NCBI GenBank assembly: GCA_043767805.1
Contig: JAYUGC010000149.1
Location: 1 to 24,714, forward strand
Origin: Pseudomonadota bacterium
GTDB taxonomy: Bacteria; Bdellovibrionota; FAC87; UBA2466
DNA length: 24,714 nt
Reading direction: 5' to 3'
Shown: positions 7,595 to 16,260 of the stretch, one piece after another
How positions within the stretch are numbered: the stretch's first letter is position 1
Layout: each line of letters begins with the position of its first letter
The notes under the pieces: generated by a model
Seen by the model: the letters and a program-made list of their open reading frames with translations, nothing else
Told to the model about the DNA's origin: nothing
The model's database searches: none
Program-made: the position numbers and the translations under genes

Positions 7595-8653
7595 TTAGGC
7601 GCCGTATCGACGAGAAAACAGTTCCTTCAACGGACCTGACTGTCGGAGCAGTTGAATGGCGAACTCGGCGTGACCCGGGTAGTAGCCGTTGCCGAATAGC
7701 AACGTCGCCCCACTCGCCACGCCTTCCGCTCCCAAAGCCACCTTCGTAAAGGAAGTCGCCATGCCGAAGAAGAGCACCTTCCCCGTGGAGTGGGCGCTCA
7801 AGATAGCGCTCATCTCCGTGTCAGGGACGGAAACCACGTTTACGACGACGTCTCCCATTTTACCATGGGTGGAGGCATGGATCCCAGCGTGGACGGCGGC
7901 GGAATCGGTGGCGTCGATTTGCAGCACAGCATCACAAACGCCGAGCCGCTTTAAATCTTCCGCGCCCTTGGCTCCCGGCTCGATGCCGATGACTTTTCCC
8001 GTGGGGCCGACCTTGTTTCTTGCCGCAACGCAACTCAAGACGCCCGCTTTTCCGCCCGCGCCCAAAAGCACTACAGTATCGCCCTTTTGGCACAAACCAT
8101 CGACCGTCGCGGGAGCGCCGGCGACATCATATACCGCCATGGCGATGGCCTCGGGGAGATCATCGGGAAGCTTTGCGGCAATGGACGACTCGAAAAGAAC
8201 GGCCGTGCCCTCGACTTCCATCTGGTGGGTGGCCAGGGTTATTTTTTTTATCCGCTCGAGTTTAAGCGGCGTAAGCGTGAGCGAAATGAGGGACGCGACG
8301 CGGTCTCCGACTTTGAGCTTCAGCGGGCCGGCGTATTTCGAGCCGATTTGCGCCACCCGGCCGACCAGCATCCCGCCCGAGCCGGTCACCTTATTTTGCT
8401 GCTTCCCGCGCGCTTTGCAGTTTTCGAGAACGATAGCGGAGATGGCGTCGGCTTTGCCGCCGGTTTCCTTTTCCATCTGGACGAAGCTCGCTGCATCGAT
8501 GTTCAAGAGCTCGACCTGGAGCAAAATCTCGTTTGGATAAATCGGAAGCAAGTTATCGATGCGATCGGCGGCCTGAGGCAAACGCTTTTTCGCGTCGAGA
8601 ACGCGGTGAAGGCCGAGGGGATGCCCGGCTTCCGCTCTTTCAGCGCCCGGCAC
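7595..8653 (-). CDS. kdd: L-erythro-3,5-diaminohexanoate dehydrogenase
   Basis: Kdd-specific motifs G.HRV....LPQ.A.RIDN, LNIDAASF.Q, RGKQQN.VTGSGGML.G, SLISLTLTPL, DVAGAPA, Rossmann GAGGKAG, FFGMATSFTKVALGAEG and GNGY..GHA. GTG start with GAGGA RBS. Confidence 0.92.
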   Translation of the reverse strand: MPGAERAEAGHPLGLHRVLDAKKRLPQAADRIDNLLPIYPNEILLQVELLNIDAASFVQMEKETGGKADAISAIVLENCKARGKQQNKVTGSGGMLVGRVAQIGSKYAGPLKLKVGDRVASLISLTLTPLKLERIKKITLATHQMEVEGTAVLFESSIAAKLPDDLPEAIAMAVYDVAGAPATVDGLCQKGDTVVLLGAGGKAGVLSCVAARNKVGPTGKVIGIEPGAKGAEDLKRLGVCDAVLQIDATDSAAVHAGIHASTHGKMGDVVVNVVSVPDTEMSAILSAHSTGKVLFFGMATSFTKVALGAEGVASGATLLFGNGYYPGHAEFAIQLLRQSGPLKELFSRRYGA

Positions 8654-9686
8654 GGATACGTTCCTCGGCGAGCTTGTCGGCGATGAGAAAGGGAGGCGTA
8701 CCTTCCGCTTTCGCGCGCCGGTAAATCGCCTTCATGGTTTCGTAAATCTCATCTGCTTTGGCGTGTGCGCCATCCTCGTCGTAAGTCCCACTCAGCTCGT
8801 AAAAGATATTGATGATGCCGCCCGCGTTCACCGCGTAGTCGGGAGCATAGAGAATCTTTCTCTTCAAAAGATCGTAACCGCAGCTCTCGTCTTTGAGCTG
8901 ATTGTTCGCGCAGCCCACGATCGCTTTACATTTGAGCCGCGGAATCGTCTCGGGATTTAAGATGGCCCCTCGGGCGCAGGGCGCGAACACGTCGCAGTCG
9001 GCGTCGTAAATAGCGTCGAGAGACACGACTTTGGCGCCGAGCTCGCGGCGCGCGAGATTCAAGGTTTGCTCGTTGGTATCGGTGACAATGAGCTCGCCGC
9101 CTTCTTTCTTGATCCGTTCGGCCAGGCGATAGCCGACGTAACCGATGCCTTGAATGGCGACCTTGATCCCCTTCAGGCTTTTCGTGCCGTGGGTTTCTTC
9201 GAGGGTGGCTTGCAAGGCGCGGAACACGCCCGTCGCGGTCACCGGCGAGGGATCGCCGCTCGAACCGGGAACGCCTTCCATGCCAAGGACGTAGCGCGTG
9301 CTTTCGCGGGCTTCGAGCAAATCGGCGGTGGAGACGTTCATGTCTTTGGCGCCGATGTACTTCCCGCCCAAGGTATCGATGAAGGCGCCCATGGCCTTGA
9401 AGAGGCCGGGTTGCTTCTTGGCCGGGTCGCCGATGATGACGCTTTTGCCGCCGCCAAAGCCGATGCCCGCGAGACTCGATTTGTAGGACATGCCTTTGGA
9501 AAGGCGGAGGACGTCTTCGAGGGCTTCGTTACGCGAGGCGTAGGGAAGCATGCGAATGCCGCCGCAGGACGGCCCGAGAGCCGTGCTGTGTACGGCGATA
9601 ATGGCTTTTAGACCGCTCTCCCGTTCTTCGCCGTAAACGACTTTTTCGTACCCGGGATGGTCTAGCGTTTCGTGTTTCCACTGCAT
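8640..9686 (-). CDS. Glu/Leu/Phe/Val dehydrogenase (leucine-dehydrogenase-like)
   Basis: GLKAIIAVHSTALGPSCGGIR, LRLSKGMSYK, GGGKSVI, SGDPSPVTA.GV, IQGIGYVG, GCANNQL, YAPDYAVNAGGII. ATG 9686 with GGGAGG RBS. Confidence 0.93.
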   Translation of the reverse strand: MQWKHETLDHPGYEKVVYGEERESGLKAIIAVHSTALGPSCGGIRMLPYASRNEALEDVLRLSKGMSYKSSLAGIGFGGGKSVIIGDPAKKQPGLFKAMGAFIDTLGGKYIGAKDMNVSTADLLEARESTRYVLGMEGVPGSSGDPSPVTATGVFRALQATLEETHGTKSLKGIKVAIQGIGYVGYRLAERIKKEGGELIVTDTNEQTLNLARRELGAKVVSLDAIYDADCDVFAPCARGAILNPETIPRLKCKAIVGCANNQLKDESCGYDLLKRKILYAPDYAVNAGGIINIFYELSGTYDEDGAHAKADEIYETMKAIYRRAKAEGTPPFLIADKLAEERIRAGR

Positions 9687-9808
9687 GAGGATGGCCTCCC
9701 TCAAAGACCTTCTGATCTACCGGAAAACGGGGCTATCGGCTAGGGAGTGCAGGGGTTTTTCTTTTGACGGCTCCTGGTCAGGCCGCTAAATAAGATCGAC
9801 ACACGGGT

Positions 9809-10450
9809 ATGGGGACAAAACGCTTCATCGCAATCGCCGGTAATATCGGCTCTGGGAAAACCACGCTGACCCAGATGCTCGCCGAGCGCTATGCTTGGGA
9901 GCCGCACTACGAAGTCGTGGCGGAAAATCCCTACCTGGCCGATTTCTATACGGACATGAACCGCTGGTCTCTCCAGCTGCAGGTATTCTTTCTCTCCAAG
10001 CGTTTCCGGGCTCATCAAGTCATTTTGAAGACCTCCTCATCCGCGATTCAGGACCGGTCGATTTACGAGGATGCCCACATTTTCGCCCGCGCGCTCTATG
10101 AGATGAAGAGCATGGACAAGCGGGACTACGAGAACTATTTCGAGCTGTACTCAATGATGATCGAGCACCTCACGCCGCCCGATCTCGTGGTGTATGTCCG
10201 CCGCAGCGTCGACGTCCTAAAAACCCGCATTGCGATGCGCGGACGCGAGTACGAAAAAAATATTCCGGAAAGCTACCTCCATCTTTTGAACTCCTGCTAC
10301 GACGAGTGGATCGGCACCTACAAAGAAGGCAAAGTGCTGACCGTTTTCGCCGACGACCTGGACTTGCGCGATCGTCCCCAGGATTTCGAGTACGTTTGCC
10401 GCCAGATCGAGTCTTCTCTCGAACAGCCCGAGCTCAAATTCACCTGCTAA
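9809..10450 (+). CDS. Deoxynucleoside kinase (dCK/dGK family)
   Basis: P-loop IAGNIGSGKTT, ENPYLADFY, LQVFFL..RF, QDRSIYED..IF, PDLVVY, RIAMRGREYE. Confidence 0.95.
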   Translation: MGTKRFIAIAGNIGSGKTTLTQMLAERYAWEPHYEVVAENPYLADFYTDMNRWSLQLQVFFLSKRFRAHQVILKTSSSAIQDRSIYEDAHIFARALYEMKSMDKRDYENYFELYSMMIEHLTPPDLVVYVRRSVDVLKTRIAMRGREYEKNIPESYLHLLNSCYDEWIGTYKEGKVLTVFADDLDLRDRPQDFEYVCRQIESSLEQPELKFTC

Positions 10451-10487
10451 GGCGGTATTCTTCCAGTGACCTGATAGTATCGAGGAG

Positions 10488-11261
10488 ATGCCTCTCCTTT
10501 GGCTTTTACTAGCCGTCTTTGGACTCAGGGCTGAAGCCTGCACGGAATATCGCCTTTTAAGAATCGCCACTCAGCCGGAGGCGAAAGTGCGGGTGCTCGC
10601 CGAGTCTTCCGCGCGACTCAAAGACATCGTGGGCGGGAAATACTTTAGCGACAGTCCGAGGCTGTTCGCCCCGGGCAGCACGGGCGGAGTTTTCTACGCC
10701 GTCGTCGTCGGAAAGGATGGTGTTCGTCGCGAGGTTCTTGAGAAAAGAATTTCCATCTCACCCGAAAGCGCCGGTAAATCCGAGGCTGCGACAGCGGCCT
10801 TCGAGTGGGCCGCCGAAGCCGGCATCGGGCCGAAGGTCTTGGGGCACGTGGACCTCGCCGTAAAAAAAGAAGTGCCGGGGACCGCCTACGAAACGACGGA
10901 GCGACTCATTTATCTGGAGAACTTGAGCACGCCCGGGGAAACCGTTTTGTTCGCGGGTCCTTTTACGGGCTTGGGACTGCGGCGGGTTTTCAGCCTGCCC
11001 GAGAGCGCGCAGAAAGAGGTGATGGCTCGTTACGCCCGGCTTCGCGCCGTCCATCCGGACTCCGATACCTTGGATAACTTCCACGTCGCTTACCTGAAAA
11101 ACCCTCCCGACTCCCCTCAGATCGTGAAATACCGCGGCGAAGATGGGCTGAAGTATGGGGTCGATTTGCGCGGCGTGGACTGGGCAGTGAGTAGCAACGC
11201 CGAGCTCGAGCAGATGAAAAAGGACTGGGAAGCTTCAGGCTCTCCTAACAGGGGACCATAA
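10488..11261 (+). CDS. Secreted hypothetical protein with protein-kinase-like motifs (257 aa)
   Basis: Signal peptide ending AEA-C. Ordered kinase-like motifs APGSTGGVF, VLEK, AGIGPKV, IYLENL, HPD..N and VDWA. Confidence 0.7.
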   Translation: MPLLWLLLAVFGLRAEACTEYRLLRIATQPEAKVRVLAESSARLKDIVGGKYFSDSPRLFAPGSTGGVFYAVVVGKDGVRREVLEKRISISPESAGKSEAATAAFEWAAEAGIGPKVLGHVDLAVKKEVPGTAYETTERLIYLENLSTPGETVLFAGPFTGLGLRRVFSLPESAQKEVMARYARLRAVHPDSDTLDNFHVAYLKNPPDSPQIVKYRGEDGLKYGVDLRGVDWAVSSNAELEQMKKDWEASGSPNRGP

Positions 11262-11363
11262 CTTAACCCCGTATGTTTCGAGTGACTCACGCCCCCGCCC
11301 TAAGTCCTGGTAAAATATAGGTCTGCCTTAGCTCAAAGCACAACTCGGCACGCCGAAAGCGCC

Positions 11364-12506
11364 CTAACCCCGGCGCTCGTCGAAGTCGTTCTCTTTGAAG
11401 TTGGGCGGAAGCTGTTTCTTCGTCATGATGTCGGCGATGACCGCGTGCTCGGGGAGCCCGATGGATTTCGTCACTTCCGTCACGTCGATGGGCTTTTTCG
11501 CCTCGGCGTAGAGCTGTTTGCCTTCCTGCACGCGGGCGACCGCTTTTTCGATGAGCGCGAGCGGGATCTCTTTGTTCTCGATGGCCTTGATGATGGCCTC
11601 AAAAGGACCGATCGGAAAGCCCTTCTCGACGCCGCGGTAGATCAAGATATCGCAGCCCGCTTTCACCGCGAGAATCGCCGCTTCTTCCGCCCCGTAGTTC
11701 TCACTCACCGCGTTCATTTCCATGTCGTCGCTGAAAATAATGCGGGTAAAGCGCAAATCGTTTCTAAGGAGATCGAGCGTCGGCTTCGACAGGGTCGCCG
11801 GCCAATCGGGATCGAGCGCGGGATTTAAGATATGCGCCGTCATCACGCCGCCCACGCGGCTACGGATCACGCGCCGAAACGGAATGAGCTCCAATTCGTT
11901 TAGCTGGTCGTAGGTGCGATCCACCTTGGGTAACGTAAGGTGCGAGTCTTCCGTGGTGTCGCCGTGGCCGGGAAAGTGCTTTGCGACCGCCATGACGCCC
12001 ATCTTCTGGATGCCCCGGCACACGGCCGAGCCCATTTTGCCGCACACCTCGGGGTCCGCCGAAAAGGCGCGGTCGCCGATAATGGGGTTCGAGGGATTGG
12101 AGTTCACGTCGACGACGGGAGCGAAATCGATGTTGATGCCCACCGCTTTGAGCTCTTTCGCGAGCACCTGGCCGAACTCAAAACCAATCTTAGGCGAGCC
12201 AAGCTCGCCCAAATGATCGAGGCTCGGAAACTTGGTGAAAGGCGGCTGGAGACGCGCGACCCGGCCACCTTCCTGGTCGACCGAGATGAAAAGCGGCGGC
12301 GCGTTCTTCGGCCGGCAAGAGAACTGAAGCTCGTTCGAAAGCTCGGCGAGCTGAGCCGGCGACTGGACGTTCTGTTTGAAATAGATCGTCGAGCCAAGGC
12401 CGTACTCGATAATGGCCTTCTTGAAGTCCGATGGCACGGAGTACCCATCAAAGCCCACAAGGAACATCTGACCGACGAGACTTTTGATGTCTTTTGAGTT
12501 GGCCAT
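11364..12506 (-). CDS. nagZ: Beta-N-acetylhexosaminidase (GH3)
   Basis: SVDQEGGRVARL, GINIDFAPVVD, IGDRAFS, NagZ signature KHFPGHGDTTEDSH, VMTAHI, nucleophile SDDMEM. No signal peptide. Confidence 0.95.
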   Translation of the reverse strand: MANSKDIKSLVGQMFLVGFDGYSVPSDFKKAIIEYGLGSTIYFKQNVQSPAQLAELSNELQFSCRPKNAPPLFISVDQEGGRVARLQPPFTKFPSLDHLGELGSPKIGFEFGQVLAKELKAVGINIDFAPVVDVNSNPSNPIIGDRAFSADPEVCGKMGSAVCRGIQKMGVMAVAKHFPGHGDTTEDSHLTLPKVDRTYDQLNELELIPFRRVIRSRVGGVMTAHILNPALDPDWPATLSKPTLDLLRNDLRFTRIIFSDDMEMNAVSENYGAEEAAILAVKAGCDILIYRGVEKGFPIGPFEAIIKAIENKEIPLALIEKAVARVQEGKQLYAEAKKPIDVTEVTKSIGLPEHAVIADIMTKKQLPPNFKENDFDERRG

Positions 12507-12535
12507 GGGCTTATGCGGCGAAGAAAGCTAAACCA

Positions 12536-12582
12536 GTTAAGTAACTTAACCAAGTATAGGCGTTCTTACCGGCCCCTGACAA
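12536..12582 (-). promoter_or_regulatory. Sigma70 promoter of nagZ with palindromic operator over the TSS
   Basis: TTGTCA(12582-12577)-N18-TATACT(12558-12553). Perfect inverted repeat GTTAAGT-A-ACTTAAC at 12536-12550. Confidence 0.6.
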
Positions 12583-12597
12583 GACGAGCTAAGCGAC

Positions 12598-14430
12598 TCA
12601 CTCGTCCTCGTCCTGATTGCCGCGCTTCACGGTGCGTTTACCCGAGTCGAGCATGCGTTTGCGTAAACGCAGGAAGTTAGGCGTTACTTCGAGAACCTCG
12701 TCATCGGCCAGCCAAGCGATACCCCATTCGATGGTGATCGGAAGCACCGGCGTTAAAACGACCGCTTCGTCCTTACCGGCGGCGCGGATGTTGGTGAGCT
12801 TCTTCTCGCGGCAGACGTTAATGTTCAGATCGTTGATGCGATTGTTCTCGCCGACGACCATGCCTTCGTACACGTCCACGCCTTCCTTCACGAAAAGCTT
12901 GCCGCGTTCTTCCAGGTGGAAGAGCGCGTAGGGAATCGTCGTTCCCATGCGATCGGAAATGAGCGCGCCGTTGACGCGATCCAAGATGTGACCCTTCCAC
13001 GGAACATAATCCCGGAAGTAAGAACTGAGGAGACCTTGCCCGCGAGTCACGTTCAAGAACTCGGAACGGAACCCGATGAGGCCGCGGGAAGGAATGTCGA
13101 ACTCCGCGCGTGCCCGGCCCGAGGCCATCTTTTGAAGGTTCGCCATTTCGCCCTTGCGGGTGGCGAGACGCTCCGTCAAGCGGCCCAAACAATCTTCCGG
13201 AATATCCATCACCACGCGCTCGAGGGGCTCGAGGACCGTTTCGCCCTCTTTCTTGGTGATGACCTTCGGACGTCCGAGACCGAACTCGTACCCTTCGCGG
13301 CGCATCTGCTCGGCCAAGATCGCGAACTGCAATTCGCCGCGGCCTTTCAGCATGAACACATCGGGAAGCGCGGTACGTTCCACGGTCATGGAAACGTTCG
13401 TGCGCATTTCTTTCTCTACACGATCCCAAATCACGCGCGACGTAATCTTTTTTCCATCGCGTCCGCTGAGAGGCGAGTTATTAACGAGCATCTCGATAGA
13501 GATGGTCGGCTTCTCGATCTCGATACGAGGGAGCGGATTGAGGTTATTCGGCGAGCAAACGGTGTCACCGATTTTCAAATCTTCGATGCCCGCGACGATG
13601 ACGACGTCGCCCGCTTCCGCCTTACCCGTCGGAACGACTTTGAGTCCCTGATAGTTGTAGAGCGCCGTAATTTTGGTGGTGGTCTGCACGTTGTCTTCGT
13701 GAAACACGGTGACCGTGTCGCCCACGGTGATGGAGCCCGAAACCACTTTGCCAGTGCCGAGACGACCGACGTACTCGCTATAGCTCGTGTTGCTGACCAA
13801 CATGCGCGTGCCGCCTTCTTCGATTTCCGGCGCGGGCAAGTAGCTCAAAATCAAATCCAGAAGCGGCGAAAGGTTCCCGGCCTTACCCAAGTCTTCCGGC
13901 TGCAAATAGGCTTTGCGATCGCGCGCGACGGCGTAGATCACCGGGAAATCGAACTGCTCGTCGGTGGCGTTCAATTCCATGAAGAGCGCGTAAATCTCTT
14001 CGAGCACTTCTTTCGGGCGGGCGTCTCCTCGGTCGATCTTGTTGATGACCACCGCGACCCGAACTCCGCGGGCCAAAGCATGCTTCAGCACGAAACGGGT
14101 CTGAGGGAGCGGCCCTTCGGCGGCGTCCACCAGAACGAGAGCTCCGTCGACCATCTGCAACCCGCGCTCCACCTCGCCGCCGAAATCGGCGTGGCCAGGG
14201 GTGTCCACGATGTTGATCTTGTGGTCTTTATAGAAAATTGAAGCGTTCTTCGCCGTGAGGGTGATCCCCTTTTCACGCTCGAGGTCGCCGCTATCCATCA
14301 CGCGATCGGCGATGGTTTGGTTGTCGCGGAAGGTCCCCGACTCCCAAAGTAAGCCGTCCACGAGGGTGGTCTTCCCGTGATCTACGTGGGCGATGATGGC
14401 GATATTACGGATCTTTTCGTTTCTTTGCAT
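12598..14430 (-). CDS. typA: Translational GTPase TypA/BipA
   Basis: [90 protein letters not shown]. Confidence 0.98.
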   Translation of the reverse strand: MQRNEKIRNIAIIAHVDHGKTTLVDGLLWESGTFRDNQTIADRVMDSGDLEREKGITLTAKNASIFYKDHKINIVDTPGHADFGGEVERGLQMVDGALVLVDAAEGPLPQTRFVLKHALARGVRVAVVINKIDRGDARPKEVLEEIYALFMELNATDEQFDFPVIYAVARDRKAYLQPEDLGKAGNLSPLLDLILSYLPAPEIEEGGTRMLVSNTSYSEYVGRLGTGKVVSGSITVGDTVTVFHEDNVQTTTKITALYNYQGLKVVPTGKAEAGDVVIVAGIEDLKIGDTVCSPNNLNPLPRIEIEKPTISIEMLVNNSPLSGRDGKKITSRVIWDRVEKEMRTNVSMTVERTALPDVFMLKGRGELQFAILAEQMRREGYEFGLGRPKVITKKEGETVLEPLERVVMDIPEDCLGRLTERLATRKGEMANLQKMASGRARAEFDIPSRGLIGFRSEFLNVTRGQGLLSSYFRDYVPWKGHILDRVNGALISDRMGTTIPYALFHLEERGKLFVKEGVDVYEGMVVGENNRINDLNINVCREKKLTNIRAAGKDEAVVLTPVLPITIEWGIAWLADDEVLEVTPNFLRLRKRMLDSGKRTVKRGNQDEDE

Positions 14431-14482
14431 AGAGGTACTATTGAATTAAAAAACGTAAGCTGTTAAGGATTCGCGCGAGATT

Positions 14483-15232
14483 ATGAAAGCGGAAACCAAA
14501 CAGGGCGGCCAAGACTCTACCAAATGCGCAGTGTGCTGGAAAGGCCCAGAGCTGTGTTTATGCAATGAGATCCAACCTTCTTCGACGAAGACGAAGGTTT
14601 TGATTCTCCAGCATCCCCAGGAAGCGAGAAATCCCTGGGGGACGGCCCGCCTGACGAGCCTGTCACTTTCCAAATCCGTCCATAAGGTCGGGTTATCGTG
14701 GCGATCTCTCAGTCATGCCCTCGGCGAGCCCGCCGAGCCCAGCAAATGGGGCGTGCTTTATCTCGGCGCCATGAAAGACGCCAAAACCCGTCCCTCTAAC
14801 CTGCCTTTTCAGGTTTTATCGTCCGAAGGCCGCTCGGTGAGCCCTCAAAAGCTCGAAGGTATTATTCTTTTGGACGGAAACTGGAAGCAGTCGAAGACGC
14901 TTTGGTGGCGTAATCCCTGGCTCGCCCGGATGAACCGCATCACGCTGAACCCGGGCACTACCTCCGTGTTTAACCGCGTGTCCAAGCAGCCGCGCAAAGA
15001 TTGCCTCTGCACCCTCGAATCGGCCCGCCACAGCTTGGCCGCGCTCGAAAAAAACGTGAAAGACACGCTGACCCGGATGGACGAGCTTTTGAAAAAGCAC
15101 GTCGAACTGGTCGAGCTTCACCGCCCGGCCAAGGCCGCGCGCCCGGCGAAGCCCTTTCACCGGCGTGGCAATCCCCCGAAGCCCTCGCGGCCGAAACCGG
15201 TCGTGGCGGCGGCGCCCGTAGCTCGAGCCTAA
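14483..15232 (+). CDS. DTW-domain protein (tRNA-uridine aminocarboxypropyltransferase family)
   Basis: N-terminal C..C.K...LCLC zinc motif, VLILQHPQE, GTARL, LLDGNWKQSKTLWWRNPWL, CLCTLES. Confidence 0.85.
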   Translation: MKAETKQGGQDSTKCAVCWKGPELCLCNEIQPSSTKTKVLILQHPQEARNPWGTARLTSLSLSKSVHKVGLSWRSLSHALGEPAEPSKWGVLYLGAMKDAKTRPSNLPFQVLSSEGRSVSPQKLEGIILLDGNWKQSKTLWWRNPWLARMNRITLNPGTTSVFNRVSKQPRKDCLCTLESARHSLAALEKNVKDTLTRMDELLKKHVELVELHRPAKAARPAKPFHRRGNPPKPSRPKPVVAAAPVARA

Positions 15233-16194
15233 GGCTGGATGAGTAGTTCCGCGGCGGCGCGGACCTGACGGATAGTTTCGTCGAGCGAAAGGCTGACTCT
15301 CGCTCCCGCGGCATGGCGATGGCCACCGCCGCCGAATTGCTTGGCAAGTCCGACGACCGCGACCTCTCCCGAGCCACGGAGACTTATCTTCACCCGGCCA
15401 TCGTCTTCCTCGCGAAAGAGCATTCCCACTTCGACGTCTTGAATGAAGCCGAGCGAGCTGACGAAAGACTCCGTGTCTTCCACCGTCGCACCGTACTTCA
15501 AGCGCGTGGCTTTCGGGATGGTGAGCCAGGCGATGCGGCCATTGTGCGAGGTTTGAAGGCCGTCCAGCACGTGACCGAAGAGGCGCACTTTTTCGAGAGA
15601 ATCTCGCGAATAAACGTCGCGGAAAACCTTCTCCGGGCGCACTCCCTTTTGGAGAAGCTCCGCTGCCACCTGGTGCGTGCGCGGCGAAGTACGCTTGTAA
15701 CGAAAGCTCCCCGTATCGGTAACGATGGCGACGTAGAGCGCGCGGGCCATTTCCTCGTCGATATCGGCGCGAAGCTCTCTGAGCAAGCCGTAGACCAGCT
15801 CACCGGTTGCCGCATACTGCTCGTCGATCAGATGATCGTCCAGATTTCCCATCTCGGGAATGTGGTGATCGATGAAGATGATGGGCACGTTCAAGGCTTT
15901 CAGCGCGGGCAACATGTCGCCCATCATGCGCTCGTCGTTCGTATCGAAAATGAAAACGAGATCCACTTCGGGAAGCGGCGTGCCCTTTTGATAGACCTGG
16001 ATCTCATGGCGCGGGTCGACGGAAAGAAATTTCGCGGGCGTGGGCCCGGGATTGAAAACGTGAGAAAGCTTGCCCACCTTCTTCAGATAGAAGTGCATCG
16101 CCATTTGCGAGCCCAAGCCATCGCCATCGGGATTGGCGTGGGTCGTCAGCAAAAAGCGCCGGGTGGCTAGAATGCGTTGAGTGAATTTTTCCAC
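15229..16194 (-). CDS. nrnA: DHH/DHHA1 bifunctional oligoribonuclease/pAp phosphatase
   Basis: THANPDGDGLGS, FD, IDHH, AATGEL, VTDTGSFRY, KISLRG, FGGGGHRHAAGA. GTG start. Confidence 0.92.
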   Translation of the reverse strand: MEKFTQRILATRRFLLTTHANPDGDGLGSQMAMHFYLKKVGKLSHVFNPGPTPAKFLSVDPRHEIQVYQKGTPLPEVDLVFIFDTNDERMMGDMLPALKALNVPIIFIDHHIPEMGNLDDHLIDEQYAATGELVYGLLRELRADIDEEMARALYVAIVTDTGSFRYKRTSPRTHQVAAELLQKGVRPEKVFRDVYSRDSLEKVRLFGHVLDGLQTSHNGRIAWLTIPKATRLKYGATVEDTESFVSSLGFIQDVEVGMLFREEDDGRVKISLRGSGEVAVVGLAKQFGGGGHRHAAGARVSLSLDETIRQVRAAAELLIQP

Positions 16195-16260
16195 AAAGCT
16201 GATGAAGGGGCGGGACGAACGGGTTTCCCTTTAAGACAGGCTCCTATTATAACCTAGCTA

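Noticed and set aside
7689..8686. 283-aa and 199-aa plus-strand ORFs
   Set aside because: Antisense to kdd, with composition typical of shadow frames.
11346..11361. CGGCACGCCGAAAGC as a sigma54 site
   Set aside because: GG-N10-GC spacing is present but the -12 box is poor (AAGC) and it points into the nagZ 3' end.
12916..14241. 441-aa plus-strand ORF
   Set aside because: Antisense shadow of typA.
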